Positions 25,600-39,789 of a stretch of DNA of 64,000 nucleotides are shown here, piece after piece. Within the stretch, counting starts at the first letter, position 1, and every line of letters starts with the position of its first letter. Below the pieces are notes generated by a model. That model searched no databases and had not been told where the DNA came from. It saw only the letters and a program-made list of their open reading frames with translations. A program made the translations under genes and the position numbers. Origin of the DNA: Octopus vulgaris. Its lineage: Eukaryota. The stretch spans positions 99,696,001 to 99,760,000 of the forward strand of contig OX597816.1 in assembly GCA_951406725.2 (NCBI GenBank). Direction: 5' to 3'.

Positions 25600-26112
25600 G
25601 TAAAATTTATTGCAGAGCTTGAAGCAACTCAGCAAAGCAACACAAAAATGATCATCACAATGCTACATGTCAGCTACTGGCAGAGGCTGGAAAAGTTACG
25701 ACTAAACTCCCTGGAATGAAGATGGAAAAATTATGCAGTGATATACAACTGGAAAACCTAGAATGGGGTGTTACTGCGTAGTGCCAAAGATCCTGACATC
25801 AAGATACAGGACCAGATACACCAACAGCTTGGGTTTCAAAGGCTTACAGCTTTTTAACCTCCTTCAAAAAAAACTTGAGAGAACTACATAGGATAGATGT
25901 TGGTGTCTTCAAAACAAAAGTGAATCTCCTGCCAAAAGTTCCATATGTACTTTGGTGGCAGGAATCACAAATGAGAGCAACAAGATCAAAAACCCTAATT
26001 CATCAAACACCACATATCAGAGGAGGTTTTCAAGTAATAGAAGCATAGAAAAACTCACAGTAATGCCCTAGCATGGCCACAGCTCTCAAACTGGAACTAG
26101 TAAAAGAGTAAA
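25600..26112 (+). mobile_element. CR1/L2-group LINE 3' fragment
   Basis: IAELEATQQSNTKMI...SYWQRLEKLRLNSLE*R...VIYNWK fits the CR1 C-terminal pattern; ends in cctagcatggccacagc...gtaaaagagtaaa. Confidence 0.8.
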
Positions 26113-26514
26113 TGATTACATATTTTTATACATATACACACACACATGCGCATGTTCACGCATATGTATAGATAGACAGACAGACTGACAGATATACAGA
26201 TATACATATAAGCAGATATATATTTATTCTTACATGCTTGCTCATACATACATATGTACATGCCTATGTATACATGTGTATGTGCACCTATGCAATCAGC
26301 TGGGAAAGATTTAGATCATAGCAGTTATATCACTTATGAAAAACTCATTGAAGATTTCTATTTAAGCTGTCAGTAGAGAGAATAATTTCATAAACTTACT
26401 TTTATTTTTTGTTTCATAAGATTAATATTCTTTTTTTTTATGAATATTTGAATAAATAATAACTGATGATGATGTTGGTGTGATGAGCAATAAATATAAC
26501 CATTTAGTGTTAAC

Positions 26515-26800
26515 TGGTTGTGGTGAAGGTGGTGAAGGTGGTGGAGATGGTGGTGGCAGCAGTGGCAATGGTGGCAGTGGCAAAGATGGCAGCAGAGGAA
26601 GCAGTGGTAGAAGTGGTAGTGGTGGCAGTGGCAGGTGCAATGGTAGATGTGGTAGTGGTGGCAGTGGCAGGTGCAATGGCAGCAGTGGTAGATGTGGTAG
26701 TGGTGGCAGTGGCAGGTGCAATGGCAGCAGTGGTAATGGCAACAGTGGTGGCTGTGGTGACAGAAGTGGCAGCAGCAGTACTGGCAATGGCAATGATGAT
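26515..26800. repeat. GGT/GCA-rich tract with three copies of a 33-42 bp unit
   Basis: gtggtagtggtggcagtggcaggtgcaatgg occurs three times. Confidence 0.9.
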
Positions 26801-28769
26801 GGTTTAGCTGCAAAACACCCCTGAATGAACAGACATTCTAATCTAGCCTTGCCCAATTCCATTCTTTCTCAGATACAGATTTATCTAATTTTTACAATGT
26901 GTTCCGCTTTTATCTGCTTTAAATGTCAGAAATGACATTTAAGGATGTTCTGGTGGCTATTTCTAACAGGTATGGTAAGATGAGTGACAATATAGATGAC
27001 TTGTGGGGGTGAGTAAATGATGATGATGATGATGATGGCAGTGGTAATAACGACAATTGATGACAATGCTGATAGCAATGACACGAGGATGACGATAATG
27101 ATATTGCTGATGACAATATCTGTGATGATGATCATGATAATAACGACAATGAACATGATAAATACTTCTTTCAAAACTAAATAAATGAAAAGATGAAGCA
27201 AGAAGGTAACAAAGGAAGCATATGATAAGACAGACTACTTTAAATATTAGTAATGTTCACAAGATATTTCCTCTGCTGAAAGATTCCTTTTTGCTAAGAA
27301 GTATTGTTATTACCCTGAAATAAACAAGTAGTTTTATAATGAGAGAGAGAGAATGAGAGAAAGATAGAGAGATAGAAATAGAGACAAAGAGATATATATA
27401 TAGAGAGAGAGACTGAGAGAGAGAGTACAACAGGGTAACATTAAAGCATAGTTTCTTGCCCATTTTTCAGGATATTTAACCTGTTAGGATATAGAAAAGC
27501 TGTACACAACTGTCTACATTTGCCATATCTAGACAATATTCTCAACTGAAGTACTACTGTCAGGCTGAATTCATTCAATTTCAACAGGCAGGATCTCTTA
27601 AGAAATGGCTTCTTTACATAATTGCCATCATGATCTTCTAGATTGTGATGGAGTGGGTGGAGATGAGCAGATAGGAATAGGATGTGTTGTCAGTGGTAGT
27701 ATTGCTGCTGCTGCTGCTGCCACTGCTGCTACTGTTGTCCTAAGTTCTGCTAAAGTGATGATGATGGTGATGGTGGTGGTGATGGTAGTGGGGATGAAGG
27801 TGATGGTAGGGGTGAAGGGGATTATGATTGTAGCTGTCGTGGAGATGATAGTGGTAACAATGGTGTTAGTAAAAATGATGATGATGAAGAGTATTTAGAA
27901 GTGGTCCTAAATAATAAGTAACAAGAAAACAGTTTAGAAACTAGATTACTTCATACAAATCACTTAGCAAGAGTAAAAGGCAGGAGGAAGAGAGAGAGAG
28001 ACACGGATGGAATTAAAATATGATAGAGAAAAAAGAGAGTGGTAAATGAAGAGAGGAAGTGAAATAAGAGAATAGAGAAAAAGAAAGAAAGAAAAAGACT
28101 TGAAGAGAAGAAGCTATCGAAAACTAGAGAGAGAGGGGGAGAAGAGAGAGAAAGAGAGAGAACCAGTTCTCTTAAAAACAGTAAAATATCAAAGAAGAAT
28201 GTTAAATGTTGTCTATTGACATAAACTGGAGAAGACTTGAAGACTTGAAGTAGAAATATTATTCAATGTTAGTCAGAATAAGAAACCAACAAACATGTCA
28301 AAGTGTGCTGGTCATTTCTATTTATTATTTCTTCCCTCCATTTCTTCAAGTAGCATTAGAATCTATTTGTTTTACTACTTGCTCAGGACCACAATTCCTG
28401 TAGTTTACAGCATTAAATACACCAGAAATCGTTTACATCTTCAGTAGCAGGAGGGCAGTGCATTAGCAGGGGGTGGATAGAAATATCAGCAGGGATAGAT
28501 TTACCTGAGAGAGAGACTTAATGCTATGAATATCTTTCTAAATTATAATTTGAAATCCTACTGGGATAAAATTTCATCCTTCATACCTATCCTGCAGAGA
28601 TGATAAAATTGATACTTATATTCTGTGGGTTATTTTAGTAAAGTAAATCCCTCCTTTAAAAATATAGCCTTGGTACCTAAAGTAGAAAATGGTATTTAGT
28701 TTCAATTCTACACATTTTGAATTCAAAAGTTGTCTGACTGAATTTTGTTTGTCAGCCCTTGTTATTAGA

Positions 28770-28985
28770 ATTGTTGTTTAACCCCAGCTCAGCCCTGATA
28801 GAGCAGAGCAACAATCAAAGGAATTCCAACTTTGACAATCCCATCTTTCATTTAGACAGGGTTATTTCTGACTATATTATCTAATATGCCCTTCTTTTTC
28901 TAAGCTTATAGAATATAATTTGAGAGAGAATTGGGTGCTATTTCTAGAAGTTTCATTGGCTACATAGAGGTTCCTTTATTGGTTA
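28770..28985. repeat. Dispersed repeat of unknown class
   Basis: tttaaccccagctcagccctgatagagcaga...atcaaagg; related copies at ~7515-8000 and ~49540-49810. Confidence 0.65.
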
Positions 28986-29314
28986 GTATAAAATGCTAAT
29001 GAGAAATAATTCTTTTCACAGAGTAGCTTCAACTAGGCATAAGGTAAGTATTTACTAATTTTAACTGTTCTTGAGAGACAGAAAGGTGAAATTAACTAAG
29101 TGGAAGTTTTACTCAGAAACAAAAGGGCTAATGCTTTCAGTCCAACATATTTTGACTATATCTATCACTTTCAATGCAGGTAATATATTCAAAAGATCAA
29201 ACACCTCTTTCATGCATCAAGGTCAACTGAGGGTTGTAGAGTTAAATGCCCTTCTCTTAGCAGTATATTTACAGTGGACTAAAACTCAAGACCTCAGAAA
29301 TTAAGTTACTTACA

Positions 29315-30273
29315 TGTATGATGCATATGTATGAACAGCCATGCTACATGGCAGTGAAACATGGGCCATGACTGCTCAGGACATGTGTAAGCTTGCAAGG
29401 AATGATGCCAGTATGTTCCGCTGGATGTGTAATGTCAGTGTGAGTACACGACAGAGTGTAAGCTCCCTGAGAGAAAAGTTAGATTTAGGAAGCATCAGAT
29501 GTGGTGTGCAAGAGAGATGACTGCACTGGTATGGTCATGTGTTGTGAATAGATGAGGACAGCTGTGTGAAAAAGTGCGACACCCTAGCAGTTGAGGGAAC
29601 CTGTGGAAAAGGTCAACCCAGGAAGACCTGGGCTGAGGTGGTGAATCACGACCTTTGAGCATTGGGTCTCACCGAGGCAATGACTAGTGACCAAGACCTT
29701 TGGAGATGTGCTTTGCTTGAAAAGACCTGGCAAGCCAAGTGAGACCATAACCATGGCCTATGCCAGTGCAGGATAACAGCCCATTTGAGGGCACCCTTCA
29801 ATCATTGGGCAATACACTTCACTTGTTGAGGCAAGTGAAGTTGCTGTCTTGGCCAATGACAGTACCACCTGATTGGCACCCATGTCAGTGACATGTAAAA
29901 ATAACACCATTCAAGTGTAGTCAATGCCAGTGCTGCTTAACTGGCTCCTGTGCCAGTGGCACATAAAAAGCACATTCGAGCATGATTGTTGCCAGTGTCA
30001 CCTTTGACTCCCATGTCTGTGGTATGTGAAAAGCACCATTTGAGCATGGTTGACGCCAGTACCACTTGACTGGGCCTCGTGCTGGTGGCACGTAAAATGC
30101 ACCTACTATACTCTCAGAGCTGTTGGCATTAGGAAGGGTATCCAGCTGTAGAAACTCTGCCAGATCAGATTGGAGCCTGGTGCAGCCTTCTGGCTCACTA
30201 GCCCACAGTCAAACCGTCCAATCCATGCCAACATTGAAAGCAAACATTAAATGACGACAATGAGGATGATGAT
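29315..30273 (+). mobile_element. RTE-clade LINE, 5'-truncated (ORF C-terminus plus repetitive 3' UTR)
   Basis: AMLHGSETWAM...MFRWMCNVS...LHWYGHV...VEGTCGKGQPRKTWAEVV...DLWR with in-frame stops; 3' UTR tandem gccagtg...gtaaaagcacc units; (GAT)n tail. Confidence 0.92.
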
Positions 30274-30659
30274 ATATATATATATATATATATATATCAT
30301 CTTGTATTTTACTTGTTTCAGTCATTAGACTGTGGCCTTGCTTGGTACTCCACCTTGAATTTTTAGTCAAACAAATCAATCCCAATACTTGTTTTTTTAT
30401 AACACCTGGTGCTTATTTCTATTGGTCTTTTTTGTCAAACCTCTCAGTTATGGGGGTGAAAACATATCAACACTGAGTGTCAAGTGGTAGAGGGATACAA
30501 ACAGACACAAATACACACACACTCACACACACATACAAAGCCACACACACACACATATAAATATAAATACATGTACACACTTATTATGTAAGACTGTGTA
30601 TGCTTGTGTATTTATGTGCTTGTGTGTGAATGTGTTTGCATATGTTAAAGAATATTTAC

Positions 30660-30703
30660 TTATCATTTGAAATATTCATGCCAATGAGGTATGCATTATG
30701 ATT
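30660..30703 (-). CDS. Candidate exon (phase 0-2): NHNAYLIGMNISND
   Basis: Acceptor cattttcatttcag, donor AA|gtaaat. Confidence 0.25.
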
Positions 30704-31109
30704 CTGAAATGAAAATGTTGAATTACTGATTGCATATTTCATAATTTGAAATCTGTTACAACAACTAGATCAGACTCCAGAATAAAGATCATAACAGTGT
30801 ATACCTCAGTCAGCCCATATCAAACAACAGCTTTTGTATTTGCACAACAGGAAAAGAAAATCATTTTACAAAAATCATCTCACCAAATTGAGAAATTGAT
30901 GTATGGTTGCAAAATTTCAAAAGAATGTGTTCAGTTCTCAGCAAAATTTTCATAGGTGCAGGCATGATGTTGTGGTTGAGTAGTTTGATATAGAACCAAA
31001 TCCACCAAAGTCTTGTAAGTGGATTAGTTTGATTGAAACTAAAAAGAAGCCCATCATGTATTTGTTTGCATGCTGGGGAAAAAGATACCTAATATCATAT
31101 TCATCTAAG

Positions 31110-31436
31110 CAATGGTTCTCAACCTTGTTTTTATCTATGGACCCCTTTGATTACTATTTTAATCTGGTGGACTCCCATAACCAGTCAGTGTTTAAAAACT
31201 AGTTTTAAAGATTCACCTTTCTAAATTCCTATTTTGTTTTTCACACATTCACTTATGTAGGTTGCACTATTTAAAATGTCAGAGAAGGAAACCTACCTGT
31301 GTCTTGTAATAAACAAATTTTTTCATGGACCTATAAAATATTACACTGAACCCAATCTACCGTTTTGCTTGTATGGATAAACAAAAATCCTATCTGAACC
31401 CAAAGGGGTCATATGGACTCTAGCTGAGAGTCACTG
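31110..31436. mobile_element. hAT (Charlie-like) MITE
   Basis: Ends caatggttctcaacc / gctgagagtcactg; flanks atctaag / atctaaag resemble a TSD; internal atggac motifs. Confidence 0.75.
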
Positions 31437-31951
31437 ATCTAAAGCATACCAACATGAAAAAGAAGCTGAATCTAAAATTAACAAATACATACTAACTTCT
31501 ACATCTTAGAAGTGGGATCTAATTACTTTATCCCTAATCAGGTTGCTAATTATTAAACTCCTTGGTCTGTTTCACATATTTGCTGCAATGAATCATTACA
31601 TTTTTCAAGAGCAGTTCCCTGTGACTTCTACACACTTATTGCTCAAGTTTCACAGTGATACAAAACTGTAATTGCACACTATTTTTAGCACAAAGTCAAG
31701 AGTAAGTAGGATGTATGCTAACTGCTAAATTGTTAGGGACCTAAACTTTGGTTGTGTCATTCAAATTCTTTTTAAGCTGAATAAAACTTTCATATAAGTT
31801 GGTAATAAAAATATCAAGAGCACAGATAACTGACTTAATCCACAAGGTATTGGACAACCAAATAATGGCCCATCAATTTTAACTCAGCTTCTTTGCTCTC
31901 AATAACTGAGTTTACATGGCAATAAATTGATGCTATGCAGTACCAACTTAC

Positions 31952-32014
31952 TTGTATACTTCACCATTGTAAGCAATGGTAACAACCCAATAGAACTAAT
32001 GGATATTTCATTGG
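31952..32014 (-). CDS. Candidate exon (phase 1-1): NEISISSIGLLPLLTMVKYT
   Basis: Acceptor ttttgaatgttag, donor CAA|gtaagt; phase does not join its neighbours directly. Confidence 0.25.
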
Positions 32015-32737
32015 CTAACATTCAAAATTTAATTCTCCAATAAGAAGAAAATTATAAATTTTCGGTAAAAAAAAGTCTTGGGAATCAAACTCAATATGGT
32101 TGTTTAAACTAGTAATTTGGCAGTTATGGCTCTTAGAGTAAGTCATGTCTGAATTGTTTACAATAAACAACTTGCCAATCTGATAGACACACACACACAG
32201 ACGCACATTTAAAAATCAAGTAGTGAACAAGAAGTCTCCCTCAAATAAAGTACTCAGCATGGGATAAGACATCAAGAATAACAGTATGTATTGCATTAAA
32301 TTGAAATAGTTTGTTACGGATAGCCATATATTTTGCTCTAAACAAGCTTGTCAGATATTTAGAGTGAAACATAAAACCATCTATAATGAATTATTTCCAT
32401 TTAATTATTTTCATATAGATATGCTGATATTTAAACATACATGACTGCATACATACTATGTGTGCATATGCATGCACATGCACATGTGTATTTCTAAATA
32501 AACAAGAATAAACTCATCTTGTATTAAACAAATTCAAAATGCATGTGTGAGGAGCATATAAATAAATGAATATTTATATACATGCATTTCTAAATGAGAC
32601 AGCCTGCTGATTAGTGCATAAAACTACCTGCCTCATAAAAATAAGTTATTGAGTGTTAGTCAACACCTCAGTTAACTCAGGGTAATGATGTCATCAACAA
32701 TAAAGAGTGATAATATTTAAGTGAAGATATATCTTAC

Positions 32738-32785
32738 ATTTGCTTCAAGTGATAAAAATCAGAATAAGCACAATCACTCAAAAAT
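32738..32785 (-). CDS. Candidate exon (phase 2-2): FLSDCAYSDFYHLKQ
   Basis: Long pyrimidine tract ending ctctgcaaag, donor AT|gtaaga; in frame with 38383-38438. Confidence 0.33.
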
Positions 32786-32839
32786 CTTTGCAGAGCAAAG
32801 GAAGCAATGAAGACATATAAATAATAAATAATAAATAAA

Positions 32840-33046
32840 TAATCTTTTACTATTTTAAGTCACTTGGCTATAGCCATGCTGGGGAACTGCCTTCATGATA
32901 CTTAGTCAAACAAATCAACCCTGATACTTTTAAGCCTGGTACTTACTCTATGGATCATCTTTTGCCAAACCTCTAGGGGTTCCTAAGAATGTAAACAAAC
33001 CAACACCAGTTGTTAAGTAGTGCTAGGGTACAAACACAAAATCAAA

Positions 33047-33084
<38 letters not shown>

Positions 33085-33250
33085 TACTGACATAACAGGC
33101 TTCTTTCAGTTTGCATCTACCAACTCCACTCACAAGGTTTTGGTTGGCCTAGGATTACAATAGAAAGCATTTGCATATGTTGTACCTTGCTGTGGGATTG
33201 AATCCAGAACCATGTTGTTTGGAAGCAAACTTCATACCACACAGCCACAT
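32840..33250 (-). mobile_element. SINE family A, full length, with internal (CA)n
   Basis: Reverse complement of 22632-23306 throughout (accacacagccac head; gccatgctgggg tail). Confidence 0.85.
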
Positions 33251-33532
33251 CTGTGTGTCTGTGTGTGTATTTTGTCATGTTTAAGAAGAGTCATAGTGCC
33301 TTAATATAACATACTCACTGGTTCAATTTCCACTCATTTTATTTATTTATTCCAGAAGTATTTTTTTGTCACTGCATTTGCAATCATATCAATGGATTTT
33401 GACTCTGACTGTTCATTATTGAAGCTGCATTCCTTTTTATTTGGTTTCTGTTTTTTATTGTGAAATTTTGATGCAAGATTTTGTTGTGTGGGTGCATGTG
33501 CATGTTCATGTCAGCATGCATGTGTGCTTGTG

Positions 33533-33572
<40 letters not shown>

Positions 33573-33674
33573 TGTGTGTGTTTGCATATATGTATGTATG
33601 CATGTGTGTATGTATTTATGTATGTATGCATGTATGTCCCTATATGTGTCTTTATGTGTATGCATGTGTGTGGA

Positions 33675-33708
<34 letters not shown>

Positions 33709-33754
33709 GGTCATGAGTTTCTATTTCTTTTTCTTTTGTGTGTGTGTGTGTGTT

Positions 33755-34143
33755 TTCTCCATGCTGGCATGGGCTGGACAGTTTGAGAGGAGTTGGCCAG
33801 CTGAAGAGCTGCCTGGGCTTGGTGCCTGTTTTGGCATGGTTTCTATGGATGGATGACAATTCTAACACCAACCACTTTGCTGAGTATACTGGTGCTCTTA
33901 CTTGGCACTAGCATAGGTGCTTTCTACATGACACAAGCACATGAACCTACAAGATTAGGATCACTCAACTGAAGTGGGATGTAGAGGACATGCCTCTATG
34001 CAAGGGCAGCCACAATTTTACATTGCTTAACATGTCTTCTCAAAGCACAGCAAAGTATCAAAAGTCTTGGTACCCTCTATGAGACCCAACATCTGAACAT
34101 CCTTTCTCAACACTTCATCCCATCTCTTCCTGGGTTTACCCCT

Positions 34144-34145
<2 letters not shown>
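33755..34145 (-). mobile_element. RTE LINE 3' fragment
   Basis: Minus strand RGKPRKRWDEVLRKDVQMLGL followed by the RTE tail. Confidence 0.8.
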
Positions 34146-34180
<35 letters not shown>

Positions 34181-34214
34181 CATCATCATCATCACCATCA
34201 TCATTTAATGTATG

Positions 34215-34248
<34 letters not shown>

Positions 34249-34967
34249 TTGTGTATAGTGTACTGTCTCATGATGGTAAGATCAACAAAATAAGTGTTCC
34301 ATCTGGTGAGAGATAAATATTATATAATAAACACAATATATGTTTTTATGTGCTACTATTAGTTTCATGCGATAAAAACATGCTAAACAGTATTTTTAAT
34401 ATGTCTGGTGCCTCAGCACAATCTTCAGTCACTTCCCACATGGCATAACAAGCTAAAATAAGACAATAGGATGAGAGGTTTTTCAATCTTCCATCTTTTA
34501 TATTTACCTCTTTTTCTCTCATCCTATCTCCTATTTTAGTTTGCTATCCATAATCTCATAATCTGTGATATTAAACAGATCAAAGACTAGTTTCCCATAA
34601 AATGACATACTGGTTTATTTATCTGGTGAGAATTGAACACAGCCCTGCAAACCAAATCTTTCATCAATACCATAGCAAAATTATGTTTTGGTAGTGAGTC
34701 ACACCAGCTATAATACATTCTTACAACTGCTCTTAGTCTTAGCTGATGAGAACTAATTGTCTTGGATGAAACCTATATTACCCACTGTATAAACGAATGA
34801 ATGCTTGGTTGATTGCTTGGCATGTTGCAGACTTGAACCATTAGTTCATAAATACATAATAATTACATACATACATACATACATGCATGTGTTCATGCTC
34901 ACCTTTGTAATTAAATATGAATATTCATATATTTGTACACATGTGTGTTTGTATGAATGTGCATGAA

Positions 34968-35009
<42 letters not shown>

Positions 35010-36159
35010 ACACACACATACACTCACACACATGTATACAAATACATGCATATTCACATTTCATTACAAGGTACAAATGATCATTCAACTACACATATAA
35101 TCATGCACACAGACATGCACTCATACACTGCCACACATATTCCCACACACACACTGCCACACACATTCCTACACACACACTGCCACACACACTACCATAC
35201 ACACACTGCATACACCCAGGTCTAAATATATCCACATTTAAATACATAGATGTGCCTAAACAGAAATATATGAGCACACTGCAATGTGTATGTATGTGTG
35301 TGTATGTATATAAACACACATACACACACACACACACATTCAAACACATACACATGTATGTATGTATGTATGTATGTACGTCTATGTGAATTATATACTA
35401 CACCACTGTACACATTTATAGACACATACACGAATACACTCAAGCACACACACAGAGTTTTGCACATACATTATTCCATCATACACAAAATGTGCAAATG
35501 CCTACAGACACCCAATATAACACCCATTATATTTATGTTATATATTCATGAGCAGCCAAATTGAAGCGCCAACATTGAGTACCTTTAATTCTTTCTTTCA
35601 CAGATAATGCTGCCCCTTCCTTCCCCATCACCGTACTTCCCTTTCTTTCCTCTCTGCTATAATCACCACAACTGTCATTACTATAACTATGGCTACTACT
35701 TACAAAATTTGGCTAAGCAAGCAATATATATTGCAGCATAATCTAGCATAACTATCTCTAGCATCTCATGTCTTCATTTCATAAACCACACGCAGTTTAT
35801 ATATGAGTTGGTTGTGTCAACGGTCTTCATTGAAAATCATCTTAACTGACTTTGGTTGTCAGAAATTGTCAACTCATTAGAATTGCATTATAATCATTAT
35901 TATTTTTATTTTGTTATAGTTTATTTTACTTACTTTTCTTTTTCTACTTTTATCTCAGTGCCTTGTGGCTGAAGAATAATATTAGTTTGACCTACAACTA
36001 AAATTGAATGCAGTTTCAGGGCTATTCTTTTGCTTCTGCCAGCTTGCTGGTGTTTTTACCGATCTATTGAAAATGTTCTGTTATTATTAAGAAATTTCTC
36101 ATTTGCTTGTTTGATTTATTTATTTATCTATTATTTATTCTTATGGTTACTGTTATTAT

Positions 36160-36188
36160 TTGTATTATTATTATTATCACCATCATCA

Positions 36189-36240
<52 letters not shown>

Positions 36241-36290
36241 CATCTTTATTATTGTTGTTGTTGTTGTTGTTGCGGTTGTTATTGTTGTTT
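36160..36290. repeat. (ATT)n/(GTT)n microsatellite
   Basis: Directly visible. Confidence 0.95.
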
Positions 36291-37399
36291 GAACATATGC
36301 AATGAATCATTACTTTGGGTTTAGGATGGAGATCAAGAAATTTCCATTGCAAACAGATTGGATTCAGAGACAGCTGGAAATGGAATTGGGAAGTTTGTGT
36401 TAAAATGGTAATATTTGAATAGCAACAGCAACAATAAAAAAACAACTACAATGAGAAAACAATAACAACTAAAAATACAAAAATAGCAACTAAAATTAAG
36501 CAAGAATAATGTATCTGCCTGTTGGAATGGTTGGCTGGTCGTTTGGTAATTAAAGTGATATAAAGGGAACAGGTGTAATTGCTAGAGCTCTGAGACAACA
36601 GTGAGTAGAATGAAAGTGAACAAAATCTATCGTGGCTTACAATAAATAAATACTGTGTATGGTTGAACTGATGATACTCAGAGCAAAAGTTATCATTGCT
36701 GAAGTATTTGATCAACAGATGATAATTAGGACAATGGTGATGATTGGTGACACTATTGCTGCTGCAATTGATCATGGTAATGGTGGTGATGATGATGATG
36801 ATTTGTAATGAAAATTGGATGCTGATGGGATGATAATAGGATAATGATGATAATAGGATAATGATGATAATGGTGGTGATTATGATGTTAACGCTGAAGG
36901 TGGTGATGGAGTGGGTAATTAGTATATACAGAGAATGGTATGATAATGTTAATGATGAGAATGATGATGCTGATACAAATGATGGGGATGCTGAAGAAGA
37001 AGGGGAATGTTAGAATGTTGTTTATGTTGATAATAATAAATGTCATAATGACCAAGAAAAACAAAAATTATCATGGTGATAATGACAGGGACAATAAAAA
37101 ACAGAAGTTTATGAAAATGATGATGTAAATGATGATGAAAATGATGATAATGATAAAGATGGCGACAACAATGATGATGGCAAGGATAATAATAGCTATG
37201 ATGACAATGTTAACAACAGTGCTAATGATGCTGACAAAGAGAATGATGATGATGTTGATGATAATGATCATTATTTTTATCATTTCATCTAAGCACAATA
37301 TATATCAGAGTAATTCAAGAAGAACCAAAACCACCAATTGAAGTAGCTAATGATAATACAAGATAATCATCTCCATCTTGGCATATGTCTACTGAATTC

Positions 37400-37860
37400 T
37401 TTCCAGCTTTTGTCTGTCATCCCAAGTGTGCATTAATGTTTGATCATGTCTCCTACATTCTTATTTTTGTTTGTTGTCACCTCATCCTCACTCCTATGCA
37501 GATGATACCACCCTTTACTCTTTTCTAAACACTGTGCACATATATCTTCTGCATCTAACCATGACACTTAATGCCAGATGTGCATTCAGAAATGAGAATA
37601 TAATAATCTAGTCTCTATCAGTATCCCCACAAACCAGTTACAACCAATTACAAAAATATATTTACAAAATTGAAGTCTTCTTTAATAAACATTTTATAAC
37701 TAAAATATTCAAGGCCTTTACAAATGGAAGATCTCTCAATTTCTGGTTATATTTCCTGGTCACAATACAACACGCCTTTGACAGCAAAAGCTACATCCCC
37801 AAATTCTTCCTTAGGTCTGTAACTATACAAAGCATATACACTGCCAGGTTGAAACATTAA
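37400..37860 (+). mobile_element. Degraded LINE RT (CR1/Jockey group)
   Basis: IMSPTFLFLF followed by HSYADDTTLYS (YADD catalytic motif) at ~37489-37521. Confidence 0.7.
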
Positions 37861-38382
37861 CCCTACAGCTTAGGTCCTTTCATTCTGCAGGAATCTCAAA
37901 ATAATTAAAAGGCATGTATGTTTTCAATTTTTATGAGATTTTCTTGTGTTATTACCTAACAAGGAGTCTCTAAATTTTACATAGCTTTATATAGCTTAGG
38001 GCCTCATTAAATCTAAATCAGAAACTGAAACACAAGTCTTACTAGATCAAGTTAACATCATTGGTCAAATTAAGACTTGACTTATAACAGGATGTTAGAA
38101 TAAAACAGGATATATTTTATTTCTATTTATTTATCTATTTGTATCACTACTGGTGAACGATAGCATCTTTAGCTAAAGGTTTCCAATAAGCCAAGCATTG
38201 GTTCATGAAATTACTGCACAGAACCTTGGACATGTGTCTTCCACAATAGCCTTATGTTTACCAAAATTTTATAAACACAACTTCAAAGACTGTGTGGAAG
38301 TACAGTATATATATATAAACATCGATGTCTGTTGCTCCAAGAAAGGGCCTGATGTGAGATGTCTCACTTAACTGTAACTTAC

Positions 38383-38438
38383 TTCCAGGTGTTCTTTACA
38401 CCAGGTGCATAGAGGATATATTTTCTTATACCTAAAAT
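38383..38438 (-). CDS. Candidate exon (phase 0-2): ILGIRKYILYAPGVKNTW
   Basis: Acceptor tattttgtgtgttggctgcag, donor GAA|gtaagt; phase-compatible with 47021-47073 and 32738-32785. Confidence 0.38.
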
Positions 38439-39789
38439 CTGCAGCCAACACACAAAATAACAACATTCATGCCTTGTATATGTGTGTTTGATTTTGTTTA
38501 TATATATACTGGACTTCCAGTACAAATTGTGTTTATAAGATTTTGGTAAACTTAAGGCTATTGTTGAAAACACAGGTCCAAGTAGGATTGAGCTTATAAC
38601 AACATAATTGCAAAGAGAATTTCTTAAGCACAGCCATTTCAGTACTCGTATGAAGCATTATAAAACTGATGCATTCAAACATCAAAGAAAATATTATGAC
38701 AAATTGCACATTATATGATTTTTGAGATTTAAGTACACATATTGTGTACTATATGACTGACACAGTAAAAATAGATTATTACAGAACTTACGGTGGGACT
38801 AACTGTAAATTCATTTTTTATGGATTATTCATAGGCAGCACTCCTGACCTTTTTGGTAGGGCCTTTGTGTTGAAGAAAAGCAAGAAGAAACCATGATTCA
38901 GGGACTATTCTTTGATCAAGGATCTTGCTTGAATGCTAGCAATACAGTGAACTTCATTAAAGGCACCAAGAGACAGAATGTGGTATTAAACCAGGCAATG
39001 GATTAAGTGTAGTACTTAAGAACAAATGCTGTCCATTCAAAGGAGTTCTGCACAATTTCCATGGACCTAATTTTGCACCCAAATTTTGGGTCAAACTAGG
39101 GCTATGGCAGAAGACATTTACACAAGGTATTATGATAGAGAGTTCAAACCTTGTACCATAACCAAACCAAAGGGAATAAGTAAAATGTCAAATTTAGATT
39201 TCTTACATAGAAAAAGATTTCTATGGTAAATAACATTGTATAATAATGCCACTTACAATAAAAAAAAAGTAAATATTGATTTCTTACTCACACAAGAGAA
39301 ACTATGTTATGGTTTCAAATGTGTCAATAGCACTTAATGGTGTTCTATGCAACATTTTCTATCTCTGTTTCCATACATCGTGGCTTTATCATTTTATTTT
39401 ATCTCTGCTTCTATATCTCCAAACACTATGCCTTATGTATATGCTCTTTCTGTGTATTCTATGTGTGTAGGCATGGCTGAATGGTTAAGAAGTTCACTGA
39501 ACTTCTGGGTCAAATTCTGTTCTGTGGTATCTTGGACAAGTGTCTTTTACCCTGGCCTAAGATCAACCCAAGCCATATGAATGAAATTGGGTGTATGATA
39601 ATTGTAGGGAAACGTTTCAGATGGATTATTCTGGTAACTCAATTCATTCAACCTTGTCACACACTATGTCATGCTGATTCAGGCTGAGGACTACATTAAG
39701 CTCTTACAAGCTAATTCAATGAGCAGGTAGTTCATTGTCAAAATACAATCATCAAAATTAGTAGAGATTCAATTTATTTTATTTTTCAC

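Noticed and set aside
26388-26862. Cys/His-rich or Gly/Ser-rich ORFs (metallothionein-like)
   Set aside because: Low-complexity triplet tract open in four frames.
29022-29043. Plus-strand 22-nt micro-exon with strong splice sites
   Set aside because: Overlaps a decayed SINE B end, is not frame-preserving and has no partner exons.
34743-34780. CTGATGA...GAAAC hammerhead candidate
   Set aside because: No credible stem II or stem III pairing.
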